Shown: positions 12,501 to 29,300, counted from the first letter of the stretch. The stretch is DNA of 64,000 nucleotides from Eledone cirrhosa (GCA_964016885.1 OZ024742.1:292826001-292890000), one strand, 5' to 3'. Notes: generated by a model from the sequence alone, not told the origin. Made by a program: numbers and translations.

Positions 12501-15210
12501 TGAGTCAAGGTGATAGCTTAATAGATATATCTGGTCATAAACACAACTATATTACTGAGTCAAGGTGATAGCTTAATAGATATATCTAGTCATAAACCAA
12601 CTATATTACTGAGTCAAGGTGATAGCTTAATAGATATATCTAGTCATAAACACAACTATATTAGTGAGTCAAGGTGATAGCTTAATAGATATATCTAGTC
12701 ATCAACACAACTATATTACTGAGTCAAGGTGATAGCTTAATAGATATATCTAGTCATCAACACAACTATATTAATGGGTCAAGGTGATAGCTTAATAGAT
12801 ATATCTAGTCATAAACACAACTATATTACTGAGTCAAGGTGATAGCTTAATAGATATATCTAGTCATAAACACAACTATACTGAGTCAAGGTGATAGCTT
12901 AATAGATATATCTAGTCATAAACACAACTATATTACTGAGTCAAGGTGATAGCTTAATAGATATATCTGGTCATAAACACAACTATACTGTGTCAAGGTG
13001 ATAGCTTAATAGATATATCTGGTCATAAACACAACTATATTACTGAGTCAAAGTGATAGCTTAATAGATATATCTAGTCATAAACCAACTATATTACTAA
13101 GTCAAGGTGATAGCTTAATAGATATATCTAGTCATAAACACAACTATATTACTGAGTCAAGGCGATAGCTTAATAGATATATCTAGTCATAAACACAACT
13201 ATACTGAGTCATGGTGATAGCTTAATAGATATATCTAGTCATAAACCCAACTATATTACTGAGTCAAGGTGATAGCTTAATAGATATATCTAGTCATAAA
13301 GCAACTATATTACTGAGTCAAGGTGATAGCTTAATAGATATATCTAGTCATAAACACAACTATATTACTGAGTCAATGTGATAGCTTAATAGATATATCT
13401 GGTCATAAACACAACTATACTGTGTCAAGGTGATAGCTTAATAGATATATCTGGTCATAAACACAACTATACTGAGTCAAGGTGATAGCTTAATAGATAC
13501 ATCTAGTCATAAACAAAACTCTATTACTAAGTCAAGGTGATAGCTTAATAGATATATCTGGTCATAAACACAACTATACTGTGTCAAGGTGATAGCTTAA
13601 TAGATATATCTAGTCATAAACACAACTATATTACTGATTCAAGGTGATAGCTTAATAGATATATCTAGTCATAAACACAACTATATTACTGAGTCAAGGT
13701 GATAGCTTAATAGATATATATGGTCATCAACACAACTCTACTGAGTCAAGGTGATAGCTTAATAGATATATATAGTCATAAACACAACTATATAACTGAG
13801 TCAAGGTGATAGCTTAATAGATATATCTAGTCATAAACACAACTATACTGAGTCAAGGTGATAGCTTAATAGATATATCTGGTCATAAACACAACTATAC
13901 CGAGTCAAGGTGATAGCTTAATAGATATATCTGGTCATAAACACAACTATACTGTGTCAAGGTGATAGCTTAATAGATATATCTGGTCATAAACACAACT
14001 ATACTGAGTCAAGGTGATAGCTTAATAGATGTATCTGGTCATAAACACAACTATACTGAGTCAAGGTGATAGCTTAATAGATATATCTAGTCATAAACAC
14101 AACTATACTAAGTTAAGGTGATAGCTTAATAGATATATCTGGTCATAAACACAACTATACTGAGTCAAGGTGATAGCTTAATAGATATATCTAGTCATAA
14201 ACACAACCATATTACTGAGTCAAGGTGATAGCTTAATAGATATATCTAGTCATAAACACAACTATACTGAGTCAAGGTGATAGCTTAATAGATATATCTA
14301 GTCATAAACACAACCATATTACTGAGTCAAGGTGATAGCTTAATAGATATATCTAGTCATAAACACAACTATATTACTGAATCAAGGTGATAGCTTAATA
14401 AATATATCTAGTCATAAACACAACTATATTACTGAGTCAAGGTGATAGCTTAATAGATGTATCTGGTCATAAACACAACTATACTGAGTCAAGGTGATAG
14501 TTTAATTGATGTATCTGGTCATAAACACAACTATACTGAGTCAAGGTGATAGCTTAATAGATATATCTAGTCATAAACACAACTATACTAAGTCAAGGTG
14601 ATAGCTTAATAGATATATCTGGTCATAAACACAACTATACTGAGTCAAGGTGATAGCTTAATAGATATATCTGGTCATAAACACAACTATACTGTGACAA
14701 GGTGATAGCTTAATAGATATATCTAGTCATAAACACAACTATATTACTGAGTCAAGGTGTTAGCTTAATAGATATATCTAGTCATAAACACAACTATACT
14801 GAGTCAATGTGATAGCTTAATAGATATATCTAGTCATAAACACAACTATATTACTGAGTCATGGAGGTAGCTTAATAGATATATCTAGTCATAAACACAA
14901 CTATATTACTGAGTCAAGGTGATAGCTTAATAGATATATCTAGTCATAAACACAACCATATTACTGAGTCAAGGTGATAGCTTAATAGATATATCTAGTC
15001 ATAAACACAACTATACTGAGTCAAGGTGATAGCTTAATAGATATATCTAGTCATAAACACAACTATATTAGTGAGTCAAGGTGATAGCTTAATAGATATA
15101 TCTAGTCATCAACACAACTATATTACTGAGTCAAGGTGATAGCTTAATAGATATATCTAGTCATCAACACAACTATATTACTGAGTCAAGGTGATAGCTT
15201 AATAGATATA
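9600..15210. repeat. Tandem duplication of a 2788-bp (about 52-monomer) unit
   Basis: GGG of TAATGGGTC 9988/12776, GATTCAAGG 10848/13636 and TAAGTTAAGG 11321/14109 are all offset by 2788. Confidence 0.9.
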
Positions 15211-16099
15211 TCTAGTCATAAACACAACTATATTACTGAGTCAAGGTGATAGCTTAATAGATATATCTGGTCATAAACACAACTATACCGTGTCAAGGTG
15301 ATAGCTTAATATATATATCTGGTCATAAACACTACTATGTTACTGAGTCAAGGTGATAGCTTAATAGATATGTCTGGTCATAAACACAACTATACTGTGT
15401 CAAGGTGATAGCTTAATAGATATATCTGGTCATAAACACAACTATATTACTGAGTCAAGGTGATAGCTTAATAGATGTATCTGGTCATAAACACAACTAT
15501 ACTGAGTCAAGGTGATAGCTTAATTGATGTATCTGGTCATAAACACAACTATACTGAGTCAAGGTGATAGCTTAATAGATATATCTCGTCATAAACACAA
15601 CTATACTAAGTCAAGGTGATAGCTTAATAGATATATCTGGTCATAAACACAACTATACTGAGTCAAGGTGATAGCTTAATAGATATATCTGGTCATAAAC
15701 ACAACTATACTGTGACAAGGTGATAGCTTAATAGATATATCTAGTCATAAACACAACTATATTACTGAGTCAAGGTGATAGCTTAATAGATATATCTAGT
15801 CATAAACACAACTATATTACTGAGTCAAGGTGTTAGCTTAATAGATATCTCTAGTCATAAACACAACTATACTGAGTCAAGGTGATAGCTTAATAGATAT
15901 ATCTAGTCATAAACACAACTATATTACTGAGTCATGGAGATAGCTTAATAGATATATCTAGTCATAAACACAACTATATTACTGAGTCAAGGTGATAGCT
16001 TAATAGATATATCTAGTCATAAACACAACTATATTACTGAGTCAAGGTGATAGCTTAATAGATATATCTAGTCATAAACACAACTATATTACTGAGTCA

Positions 16100-19000
16100 A
16101 GGTGATAGCTTAATAGATATATCTAGTCATAAACACAACTATATTACTGAGTCAATGTGATAGCTTAATAGATATATCTGGTCATAAACACAACTATACT
16201 GTGTCAAGGTGATAGCTTAATAGATATATCTGGTCATAAACACAACTATATTACTGAGTCAAGGTGATAGCTTAATAGATACATCTAGTCATAAACACAA
16301 CTCTATTACTAAGTCAAGGTGATAGCTTAATAGATATATCTGGTCATAAACACAACTATACTGTGTCAAGGTGATAGCTTAATAGATATATATAGTCATA
16401 AACACAACTATATAACTGAGTCAAGGTGATAGCTTAATAGATATATCTAGTCATAAACACAACTATACTGAGTCAAGGTGATAGCTTAATAGATATATCT
16501 GGTCATAAACACAACTATACCGAGTCAAGGTGATAGCTTAATAGATATATCTGGTCATAAACACAACTATACTGTGTCAAGGTGATAGCTTAATAGATAT
16601 ATCTAGTCATAAACACAACTATATTACTGAGTCAAGGTGATAGCTTAATAGATATATCTAGTCATAACCAACTATATTTCTGAGTCAAGGTGATAGCTTA
16701 ATAGATATATCTAGTCATAAACACAACTATATTAGTGAGTCAAGGTGATAGCTTAATAGATATATCTAGTCATCAACACAACTATATTACTGAGTCAAGG
16801 TGATAGCTTAATAGATATATCTAGTCATCAACACAACTATATTACTGAGTCAAGGTGATAGCTTAATAGATATATCTAGTCATAAACACAACTATATTAC
16901 TGAGTCAAGGTGATAGCTTAATAGATATATCTAGTCATAAACACAACTATATTACTGAGTCAATGTGATAGCTTAATAGATATATCTGGTCATAAACACA
17001 ACTATACTGTGTCAAGGTGATAGCTTAATAGATATATCTGGTCATAAACACAACTATATTACTGAGTCAAGGTGATAGCTTAATAGATACATCTAGTCAT
17101 AAACACAACTCTATTACTAAGTCAAGGTGATAGCTTAATAGATATATCTGGTCATAAACACAACTATACTGTGTCAAGGTGATAGCTTAATAGATATATA
17201 TAGTCATAAACACAACTATATAACTGAGTCAAGGTGATAGCTTAATAGATATATCTAGTCATAAACACAACTATACTGAGTCAAGGTGATAGCTTAATAG
17301 ATATATCTGGTCATAAACACAACTATACCGAGTCAAGGTGATAGCTTAATAGATATATCTGGTCATAAACACAACTATACTGTGTCAAGGTGATAGCTTA
17401 ATAGATATATCTAGTCATAAACACAACTATATTACTGAGTCAAGGTGATAGCTTAATAGATATATCTGGTCATAAACACAACTATATTACTGAGTCAAGG
17501 TGATAGCTTAATAGATATATCTAGTCATAAACACAACTATATTACTGAGTCAATGTGATAGCTTAATAGATATATCTGGTCATAAACACAACTATACTGT
17601 GTCAAGGTGATAGCTTAATAGATATATCTGGTCATAAACACAACTATATTACTGAGTCAAGGTGATAGCTTAATAGATACATCTAGTCATAAACACAACT
17701 CTATTACTAAGTCAAGGTGATAGCTTAATAGATATATCTGGTCATAAACACAACTATACTGTGTCAAGGTGATAGCTTAATAGATATATATAGTCATAAA
17801 CACAACTATATAACTGAGTCAAGGTGATAGCTTAATAGATATATCTAGTCATAAACACAACTATACTGAGTCAAGGTGATAGCTTAATAGATATATCTGG
17901 TCATAAACACAACTATACCGAGTCAAGGTGATAGCTTAATAGATATATCTGGTCATAAACACAACTATACTGTGTCAAGGTGATAGCTTAATAGATATAT
18001 CTAGTCATAAACACAACTATATTACTGAGTCAAGGTGATAGCTTAATAGATATATCTAGTCATAACCAACTATATTTCTGAGTCAAGGTGATAGCTTAAT
18101 AGATATATCTAGTCATAAACACAACTATATTAGTGAGTCAAGGTGATAGCTTAATAGAAATATCTAGTCATCAACACAACTATATTACTGAGTCAAGGTG
18201 ATAGCTTAATAGATATATCTAGTCATCAACACAACTATATTACTGAGTCAAGGTGATAGCTTAATAGATATATCTAGTCATAAACACAACTATATTACTG
18301 AGTCAAGGTGATAGCTTAATAGATATATCTAGTCATAAACACAACTATATTACTGAGTCAATGTGATAGCTTAATAGATATATCTGGTCATAAACACAAC
18401 TATACTGTGTCAAGGTGATAGCTTAATAGATATATCTGGTCATAAACACAACTATATTACTGAGTCAAGGTGATAGCTTAATAGATACATCTAGTCATAA
18501 ACACAACTCTATTACTAAGTCAAGGTGATAGCTTAATAGATATATCTGGTCATAAACACAACTATACTGTGTCAAGGTGATAGCTTAATAGATATATATA
18601 GTCATAAACACAACTATATAACTGAGTCAAGGTGATAGCTTAATAGATATATCTAGTCATAAACACAACTATACTGAGTGAAGGTGATAGCTTAATAGAT
18701 ATATCTGGTCATAAACACAACTATACCGAGTCAAGGTGATAGCTTAATAGATATATCTGGTCATAAACACAACTATACTGTGTCAAGGTGATAGCTTAAT
18801 AGATATATCTAGTCATAAACACAACTATATTACTGAGTCAAGGTGATAGCTTAATAGATATATCTAGTCATAAACATAACTATATTACTGAGTCAAGGTG
18901 ATAGCTTAATAGATGTATCTGGTCATAAGCACAACTATACTGAGTCAAGGTGATAGCTTAATAGATGTATCTGGTCATAAACACAACTATACTGAGTCAA

Positions 19001-22000
19001 GGTGATAGCTTAATAGATATATCTAGTCATAAACACAACTATACTAAGTCAAGGTGATAGCTTAATAGATATATCTGGTCATAAACACAACTATACCGTG
19101 TCAAGGTGATAGCTTAATAAATATATCTAGTCATAAACCAACTATATTACTGAGTCAAGGTGATAGCTTAATAGATATATCTAGTCATAAACACATCTAT
19201 ATTAGTGAGTCAAGGTGATAGCTTAATAGATATATCTAGTCATCAACACAACTATATTACTGAGTCAAGGTGATAGCTTAATATATATATCTAGTCATCA
19301 ACACAACTATATTACTGAGTCAAGGTGATAGCTTAATAGATATATCTAGTCATAAACAGAACCATATTACTGAGTCAATGTGATAGCTTAATAGATATAT
19401 CTAGTCATAAACACAACTATACTGAGTCAAGGTGATAGCTTAATAGATATATCTAGTCATAAACACAACTATATTACTGAGTCAAGGTGATAGCTTAATA
19501 GATATATCTAGTCATAAACACAACTATATTACTGAATCAAGGTGATAGCTTAATAAATATATCTAGTCATAAACCAACTATATTACTGAGTCAAGGTGAT
19601 AGCTTAATAGATATATCTAGTCATAAACACATCTATATTAGTGAGTCAAGGTGATAGCTTAATAGATATATCTAGTCATCAACACAACTATATTACTGAG
19701 TCAAGGTGATAGCTTAATATATATATCTAGTCATCAACACAACTATATTACTGAGTCAAGGTGATAGCTTAATAGATATATCTGGTCATAAACACAACTA
19801 TACTGTGTCAAGGTGATAGCTTAATAGATATATCTAGTCATAAACACAACTATATTACTGAGTCAAGGTGATAGCTTAATAGATATATCTAGTCATAACC
19901 AACTATATTTCTGAGTCAAGGTGATAGCTTAATAGATATATCTAGTCATAAACACAACTATATTAGTGAGTCAAGGTGATAGCTTAATAGATATATCTAG
20001 TCATCAACACAACTATATTACTGAGTCAAGGTGATAGCTTAATAGATATATCTAGTCATCAACACAACTATATTACTGAGTCAAGGTGATAGCTTAATAG
20101 ATATATCTAGTCATAAACACAACTATATTACTGAGTCAAGGTGATAGCTTAATATATATATCTGGTCATAAACACAACTATACTGTGTCAAGGTGATAGC
20201 TTAATAGATATATCTGGTCATAAACACAACTATGTTACTGAGTCAAGGTGATAGCTTAATAGATATATCTGGTCATAAACACAACTATATTACTGAGTCA
20301 AGGTGATAGCTTAATAGATATATCTAGTCATAAACACAACTATATTACTGAGTCAAGGTGATAGCTTAATAGATATATCTAGTCATAAACACAACTATAT
20401 TACTGAGTCAATGTGATAGCTTAATAGATATATCTGGTCATAAACACAACTATACTGTGTCAAAGTGATAGCTTAATAGATATATCTGGTCATAAACACA
20501 ACTATATTACTGAGTCAAGGTGATAGCTTAATAGATACATCTAGTCATAAACACAACTCTATTACTAAGTCAAGGTGATAGCTTAATAGATATATCTGGT
20601 CATAAACACAACTATACTGTGTCAAGGTGATAGCTTAATAGATATATATAGTCATAAACACAACTATATAACTGAGTCAAGGTGATAGCTTAATAGATAT
20701 ATCTAGTCATAAACACAACTATACTGAGTCAAGGTGATAGCTTAATAGATATATCTGGTCATAAACACAACTATACCGAGTCAAGGTGATAGCTTAATAG
20801 ATATATCTGGTCATAAACACAACTATACTGTGTCAAGGTGATAGCTTAATAGATATATCTAGTCATAAACACAACTATATTACTGAGTCAAGGTGATAGC
20901 TTAATAGATATATCTAGTCATAAACACAACTATATTACTGAGTCAAGGTGTTAGCTTAATAGATATATCTAGTCATAAACACAACTATATTACTGAGTCA
21001 ATGTGATAGCTTAATAGATATATCTGGTCATAAACACAACTATACTGTGTCAAGGTGATAGCTTAATAGATATATCTGGTCATAAACACAACTATATTAC
21101 TGAGTCAAGGTGATAGCTTAATAGATACATCTAGTCATAAACACAACTCTATTACTAAGTCAAGGTGATAGCTTAATAGATATATCTGGTCATAAACACA
21201 ACTATACTGTGTCAAGGTGATAGCTTAATAGATATATATAGTCATAAACACAACTATATAACTGAGTCAAGGTGATAGCTTAATAGATATATCTAGTCAT
21301 AAACACAACTATACTGAGTCAAGGTGATAGCTTAATAGATATATCTGGTCATAAACACAACTATACCGAGTCAAGGTGATAGCTTAATAGATATATCTGG
21401 TCATAAACACAACTATACTGTGTCAAGGTGATAGCTTAATAGATATATCTAGTCATAAACACAACTATATTACTGAGTCAAGGTGATAGCTTAATAGATA
21501 TATCTAGTCATAACCAACTATATTTCTGAGTCAAGGTGATAGCTTAATAGATATATCTAGTCATAAACACAACTATATTAGTGAGTCAATGTGATAGCTT
21601 AATAGAAATATCTAGTCATCAACACAACTATATTACTGAGTCAAGGTGATAGCTTAATAGATATATCTAGTCATCAACACAACTATATTACTGAGTCAAG
21701 GTGATAGCTTAATAGATATATCTAGTCATAAACACAACTATATTACTGAGTCAAGGTGATAGCTTAATAGATATATCTAGTCATAAACACAACTATATTA
21801 CTGAGTCAATGTGATAGCTTAATAGATATATCTGGTCATAAACACAACTATACTGTGTCAAGGTGATAGCTTAATAGATATATCTGGTCATAAACACAAC
21901 TATATTACTGAGTCAAGGTGATAGCTTAATAGATACATCTAGTCATAAACACAACTCTATTACTAAGTCAAGGTGATAGCTTAATAGATATATCTGGTCA

Positions 22001-23900
22001 TAAACACAACTATACTGTGTCAAGGTGATAGCTTAATAGATATATATAGTCATAAACACAACTATATAACTGAGTCAAGGTGATAGCTTAATAGATATAT
22101 CTAGTCATAAACACAACTATACTGAGTGAAGGTGATAGCTTAATAGATATATCTGGTCATAAACACAACTATACCGAGTCAAGGTGATAGCTTAATAGAT
22201 ATATCTGGTCATAAACACAACTATACTGTGTCAAGGTGATAGCTTAATAGATATATCTAGTCATAAACACAACTATATTACTGAGTCAAGGTGATAGCTT
22301 AATAGATATATCTAGTCATAAACATAACTATATTACTGAGTCAAGGTGATAGCTTAATAGATGTATCTGGTCATAAGCACAACTATACTGAGTCAAGGTG
22401 ATAGCTTAATAGATGTATCTGGTCATAAACACAACTATACTGAGTCAAGGTGATAGCTTAATAGATATATCTAGTCATAAACACAACTATACTAAGTCAA
22501 GGTGATAGCTTAATAGATATATCTGGTCATAAACACAACTATACCGTGTCAAGGTGATAGCTTAATAAATATATCTAGTCATAAACCAACTATATTACTG
22601 AGTCAAGGTGATAGCTTAATAGATATATCTAGTCATAAACACATCTATATTAGTGAGTCAAGGTGATAGCTTAATAGATATATCTAGTCATCAACACAAC
22701 TATATTACTGAGTCAAGGTGATAGCTTAATATATATATCTAGTCATCAACACAACTATATTACTGAGTCAAGGTGATAGCTTAATAGATATATCTGGTCA
22801 TAAACACAACTATACTGTGTCAAGGTGATAGCTTAATAGATATATCTAGTCATAAACACAACTATATTACTGAGTCAAGGTGATAGCTTAATAGATATAT
22901 CTAGTCATAACCAACTATATTTCTGAGTCAAGGTGATAGCTTAATAGATATATCTAGTCATAAACACAACTATATTAGTGAGTCAAGGTGATAGCTTAAT
23001 AGATATATCTAGTCATCAACACAACTATATTACTGAGTCAAGGTGATAGCTTAATAGATATATCTAGTCATCAACACAACTATATTACTGAGTCAAGGTG
23101 ATAGCTTAATAGATATATCTAGTCATAAACACAACTATATTACTGAGTCAAGGTGATAGCTTAATATATATATCTGGTCATAAACACAACTATACTGTGT
23201 CAAGGTGATAGCTTAATAGATATATCTGGTCATAAACACAACTATGTTACTGAGTCAAGGTGATAGCTTAATAGATATATCTGGTCATAAACACAACTAT
23301 ATTACTGAGTCAAGGTGATAGCTTAATAGATATATCTAGTCATAAACACAACTATATTACTGAGTCAAGGTGATAGCTTAATAGATATATCTAGTCATAA
23401 ACACAACTATATTACTGAGTCAATGTGATAGCTTAATAGATATATCTGGTCATAAACACAACTATACTGTGTCAAAGTGATAGCTTAATAGATATATCTG
23501 GTCATAAACACAACTATATTACTGAGTCAAGGTGATAGCTTAATAGATACATCTAGTCATAAACACAACTCTATTACTAAGTCAAGGTGATAGCTTAATA
23601 GATATATCTGGTCATAAACACAACTATACTGTGTCAAGGTGATAGCTTAATAGATATATATAGTCATAAACACAACTATATAACTGAGTCAAGGTGATAG
23701 CTTAATAGATATATCTAGTCATAAACACAACTATACTGAGTCAAGGTGATAGCTTAATAGATATATCTGGTCATAAACACAACTATACCGAGTCAAGGTG
23801 ATAGCTTAATAGATATATCTGGTCATAAACACAACTATACTGTGTCAAGGTGATAGCTTAATAGATATATCTAGTCATAAACACAACTATATTACTGAGT
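16100..23900. repeat. Higher-order repeat zone with 11-mer (590 bp) and 15-mer (808 bp) units nested in 3448- and 3012-bp duplications
   Basis: The GATACATC marker occurs at 16278, 17086, 17676, 18484, 20534, 21124, 21932 and 23546 (steps of 808, 590, 808, then 590, 808). 590 = 6x55 + 5x52. GAGTGAAGG 18676/22124 and TCATAAGCAC 18923/22371 give 3448. The CAAAGTG of TGTGTCAAAGTG at 20461/23473 gives 3012. Confidence 0.85.
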
Positions 23901-26349
23901 CAAGGTGATAGCTTAATAGATATATCTAGTCATAAACACAACTATATTACTGAGTCAAGGTGTTAGCTTAATAGATATATCTAGTCATAAACACAACTAT
24001 ACTGAGTCAAGGTGATAGCTTAATAGATATATCTAGTCATAAACACAACTATATTACTGAGTCAAGGTGATAGCTTAATAGATATATCTAGTCATAAACA
24101 TAACTATATTACTGAGTCAAGGTGATAGCTTAATAGATGTATCTGGTCATAAGCACAACTATACTGAGTCAAGGTGATAGCTTAATAGATGTATCTGGTC
24201 ATAAACACAACTATACTGAGTCAAGGTGATAGCTTAATAGATATATCTAGTCATAAACACAACTATACTAAGTCAAGGTGATAGCTTAATAGATATATCT
24301 GGTCATAAACACAACTATACTGTGTCAAGGTGATAGCTTAATAGATATATCTAGTCATAAACACAACTATATTACTGAGTCTAGGTGATAGCTTAATAGA
24401 TATATCTAGTCATAAACACAACCATATTACTGAGTCAATGTGATAGCTTAATAGATATATCTAGTCATAAACACAACTATACTGAGTCAAGGTGATAGCT
24501 TAATAGATATATCTAGTCATAAACACAACTATATTACTGAGTCAAGGTGATAGCTTAATAGATATATCTAGTCATAAACACAACTATATTACTGAATCAA
24601 GGTGATAGCTTAATAAATATATCTAGTCATAAACACAACTATATTACTGAGTCAAGGTGATAGCTTAATAGATGTATCTGGTCATAAACACAACTATACT
24701 GAGTCAAGGTGATAGCTTAATTGATGTATCTGGTCATAAACACAACTATACTGAGTCAAGGTGTTAGCTTAATAGATATATCTAGTCATAAACACAACTA
24801 TACTAAGTCAAGGTGATAGCTTAATAGATATATCTGGTCATAAACACAACTATACTGAGTCAAGGTGATAGCTTAATAGATATATCTGGTCATAAACACA
24901 ACTATACTGTGACAAGGTGATAGCTTAATAGATATATCTAGTCATAAACACAACTATATTACTGAGTCAAGGTGATAGCTTAATAGATATATCTAGTCAT
25001 AAACACAACTATATTACTGAGTCAAGGTGTTAGCTTAATAGATATATCTAGTCATAAACACAACTATACTGAGTCAAGGTGATAGCTTAATAGATATATC
25101 TAGTCATAAACACAACTATATTACTGAGTCATGGAGGTAGCTTAATAGATATATCTAGTCATAAACACAACTATATTACTGAGTCAAGGTGATAGCTTAA
25201 TAGATATATCTAGTCATAAACACAACCATATTACTGAGTCAAGGTGATAGCTTAATAGATATATCTAGTCATAAACACAACTATACTGAGTCAAGGTGAT
25301 AGCTTAATAGATATATCTAGTCATAAACACAACTATATTACTGAGTCAAGGTGATAGCTTAATAGATATATCTAGTCATAAACACAACTATATTACTGAG
25401 TCAAGGTGATAGCTTAATAGATATATCTAGTCATAAACCAACTATATTACTGAGTCAAAGTGATAGCTTAATAGATATATCTAGTCATAAACACAACTAT
25501 ATTAGTGAGTCAAGGTGATAGCTTAATAGATATATCTAGTCATCAACACAACTATATTACTGAGTCAAGGTGATAGCTTAATAGATATATCTAGTCATCA
25601 ACACAACTATATTACTGAGTCAAGGTGATAGCTTAATAGATATATCTAGTCATAAACACAACTATATTACTGAGTCAAGGTGATAGCTTAATAGATATAT
25701 CTGGTCATAAACACAACTATACCGTGTCAAGGTGATAGCTTAATATATATATCTGGTCATAAACACTACTATGTTACTGAGTCAAGGTGATAGCTTCATA
25801 GATATATCTGGTCATAAACACAACTATACTGTGTCAAGGTGATAGCTTAATAGATATATCTGGTCATAAACACAACTATATTACTGAGTCAAAGTGATAG
25901 CTTAATAGATATATCTAGTCATAAACCAACTATATTACTGAGTCAAGGTGATAGCTTAATAGATATATCTAGTCATAAACACATCTATATTACTGAGTCA
26001 AGGTGATAGCTTAATAGATATATCTAGTCATAAACACAACTATATTACTGAGTCAAGGTGATAGCTTAATAGATATATCTAGTCATAAACACAACTATAT
26101 TACTGAGTCAAGGTGATAGCTTAATAGATGTATCTGGTCATAAACACAACTATACTGAGTCAAGGTGATAGCTTAGTTGATGTATCTGGTCATAAACACA
26201 ACTATACTGAGTCAAGGTGATAGCTTAATAGATATATCTAGTCATAAACACAACTATACTAAGTCAAGGTGATAGCTTAATAGATATATCTGGTCATAAA
26301 CACAACTATACTGAGTCAAGGTGATAGCTTAATAGATATATCTGGTCAT

Positions 26350-29300
26350 AAACACAACTATACTGTGACAAGGTGATAGCTTAATAGATATATCTAGTCA
26401 TAAACACAACTATATTACTGAGTCAAGGTGATAGCTTAATAGATATATCTAGTCATAAACACAACTATATTACTGAGTCAAGGTGTTAGCTTAATAGATA
26501 TATCTAGTCATAAACACAACTATACTGAGTCAAGGTGATAGCTTAATAGATATATCTAGTCATAAACACAACTATATTACTGAGTCATGGAGGTAGCTTA
26601 ATAGATATATCTAGTCATAAACACAACTATATTACTGAGTCAAGGTGATAGCTTAATAGATATATCTAGTCATAAACACAACCATATTACTGAGTCAAGG
26701 TGATAGCTTAATAGATATATCTAGTCATAAACACAACTATACTGAGTCAAGGTGATAGCTTAATAGATATATCTAGTCATAAACACAACTATATTACTGA
26801 GTCAAGGTGATAGCTTAATAGATATATCTAGTCATAAACACAACTATATTACTGAGTCAAGGTGATAGCTTAATAGATATATCTAGTCATAAACCAACTA
26901 TATTACTGAGTCAAAGTGATAGCTTAATAGATATATCTAGTCATAAACACAACTATATTAGTGAGTCAAGGTGATAGCTTAATAGATATATCTGGTCATA
27001 AACACAACTATACCGTGTCAAGGTGATAGCTTAATATATATATCTGGTCATAAACACTACTATGTTACTGAGTCAAGGTGATAGCTTAATAGATATATCT
27101 GGTCATAAACACAACTATACTGTGTCAAGGTGATAGCTTAATAGATATATCTGGTCATAAACACAACTATATTACTGAGTCAAAGTGATAGCTTAATAGA
27201 TATATCTAGTCATAAACCAACTATATTACTGAGTCAAGGTGATAGCTTAATAGAAATATCTAGTCATAAACACATCTATATTACTGAGTCAAGGTGATAG
27301 CTTAATAGATATATCTAGTCATAAACACAACTATATTACTGAGTCAAGGTGATAGCTTAATAGATATATCTAGTCATAAACACAACTATATTACTGAGTC
27401 AAGGTGATAGCTTAATAGATGTATCTGGTCATAAACACAACTATACTGAGTCAAGGTGATAGCTTAGTTGATGTATCTGGTCATAAACACAACTATACTG
27501 AGTCAAGGTGATAGCTTAATAGATATATCTCGTCATAAACGCAACTATACTAAGTCAAGGTGATAGCTTAATAGATATATCTGGTCATAAACACAACTAT
27601 ACTGAGTCAAGGTGATAGCTTAATAGATATATCTGGTCATAAACACAACTATACCGTGTCAAGGTGATAGCTTAATAGATATATCTAGTCATAAACACAA
27701 CTATATTACTGAGTCAAGGTGATAGCTTAATAGATATATCTAGTCATAACCAACTATATTTCTGAGTCAAGGTGATAGCTTAATAGATATATCTAGTCAT
27801 AAACACAACTATATTAGTGAGTCAAGGTGATAGCTTAATATATATATCTAGTCATCAACACAACTATATTACTGAGTCAAGGTGATAGCTTAATAGATAT
27901 ATCTAGTCATAAACAGAACCATATTACTGAGTCAATGTGATAGCTTAATAGATATATCTAGTCATAAACACAACTATACTGAGTCAAGGTGATAGCTTAA
28001 TAGATATATCTAGTCATAAACACAACTATATTACTGAGTCAAGGTGATAGCTTAATAGATATATCTAGTCATAAACACAACTATATTACTGAATCAAGGT
28101 GATAGCTTAATAAATATATCTAGTCATAAACCAACTATATTACTGAGTCAAGGTGATAGCTTAATAGATATATCTAGTCATAAACACATCTATATTAGTG
28201 AGTCAAGGTGATAGCTTAATAGATATATCTAGTCATCAACACAACTATATTACTGAGTCAAGGTGATAGCTTAATATATATATCTAGTCATCAACACAAC
28301 TATATTACTGAGTCAAGGTGATAGCTTAATAGATATATCTAGTCATAAACACAACTATATTACTGAGTCAAGGTGATAGCTTAATAGATATATCTGGTCA
28401 TAAACACAACTATACTGAGTCAAGGTGATAGCTTAATAGATATATCTAGTCATAAACACAACTATATTACTGAGTCAAGGTGATAGCTTAATAGATATAT
28501 CTGGTCATAAACACAACTATACTGTGTCAAGGTGATAGCTTAATAGATATATCTAGTCATAAACACAACTATATTACTGAGTCAAGGTGATAGCTTAATA
28601 GAGATATCTAGTCATAACCAACTATATTTCTGAGTCAAGGTGATAGCTTAATAGATATATCTAGTCATAAACACAACTATATTAGTGAGTCAAGGTGATA
28701 GCTTAATAGATATATCTAGTCATCAACACAACTATATTACTGAGTCAAGGTGATAGCTTAATAGATATATCTAGTCATCAACACAACTATATTACTGAGT
28801 CAAGGTGATAGCTTAATAGATATATCTAGTCATAAACACAACTATATTACTGAGTCAAGGTGTTAGCTTAATAGATATATCTAGTCATAAACACAACTAT
28901 ACTGAGTCAAGGTGATAGCTTAATAGATATATCTAGTCATAAACACAACTATATTACTGAGTCATGGAGGTAGCTTAATAGATATATCTAGTCATAAACA
29001 CAACTATATTACTGAGTCAAGGTGATAGCTTAATAGATATATCTAGTCATAAACACAACCATATTACTGAGTCAAGGTGATAGCTTAATAGATATATCTA
29101 GTCATAAACACAACTATACTGAGTCAAGGTGATAGCTTAATAGATATATCTAGTCATAAACACAACTATATTACTGAGTCAAGGTGATAGCTTAATAGAT
29201 ATATCTAGTCATAAACACAACTATATTACTGAGTCAAGGTGATAGCTTAATAGATATATCTAGTCATAAACCAACTATATTACTGAGTCAAAGTGATAGC

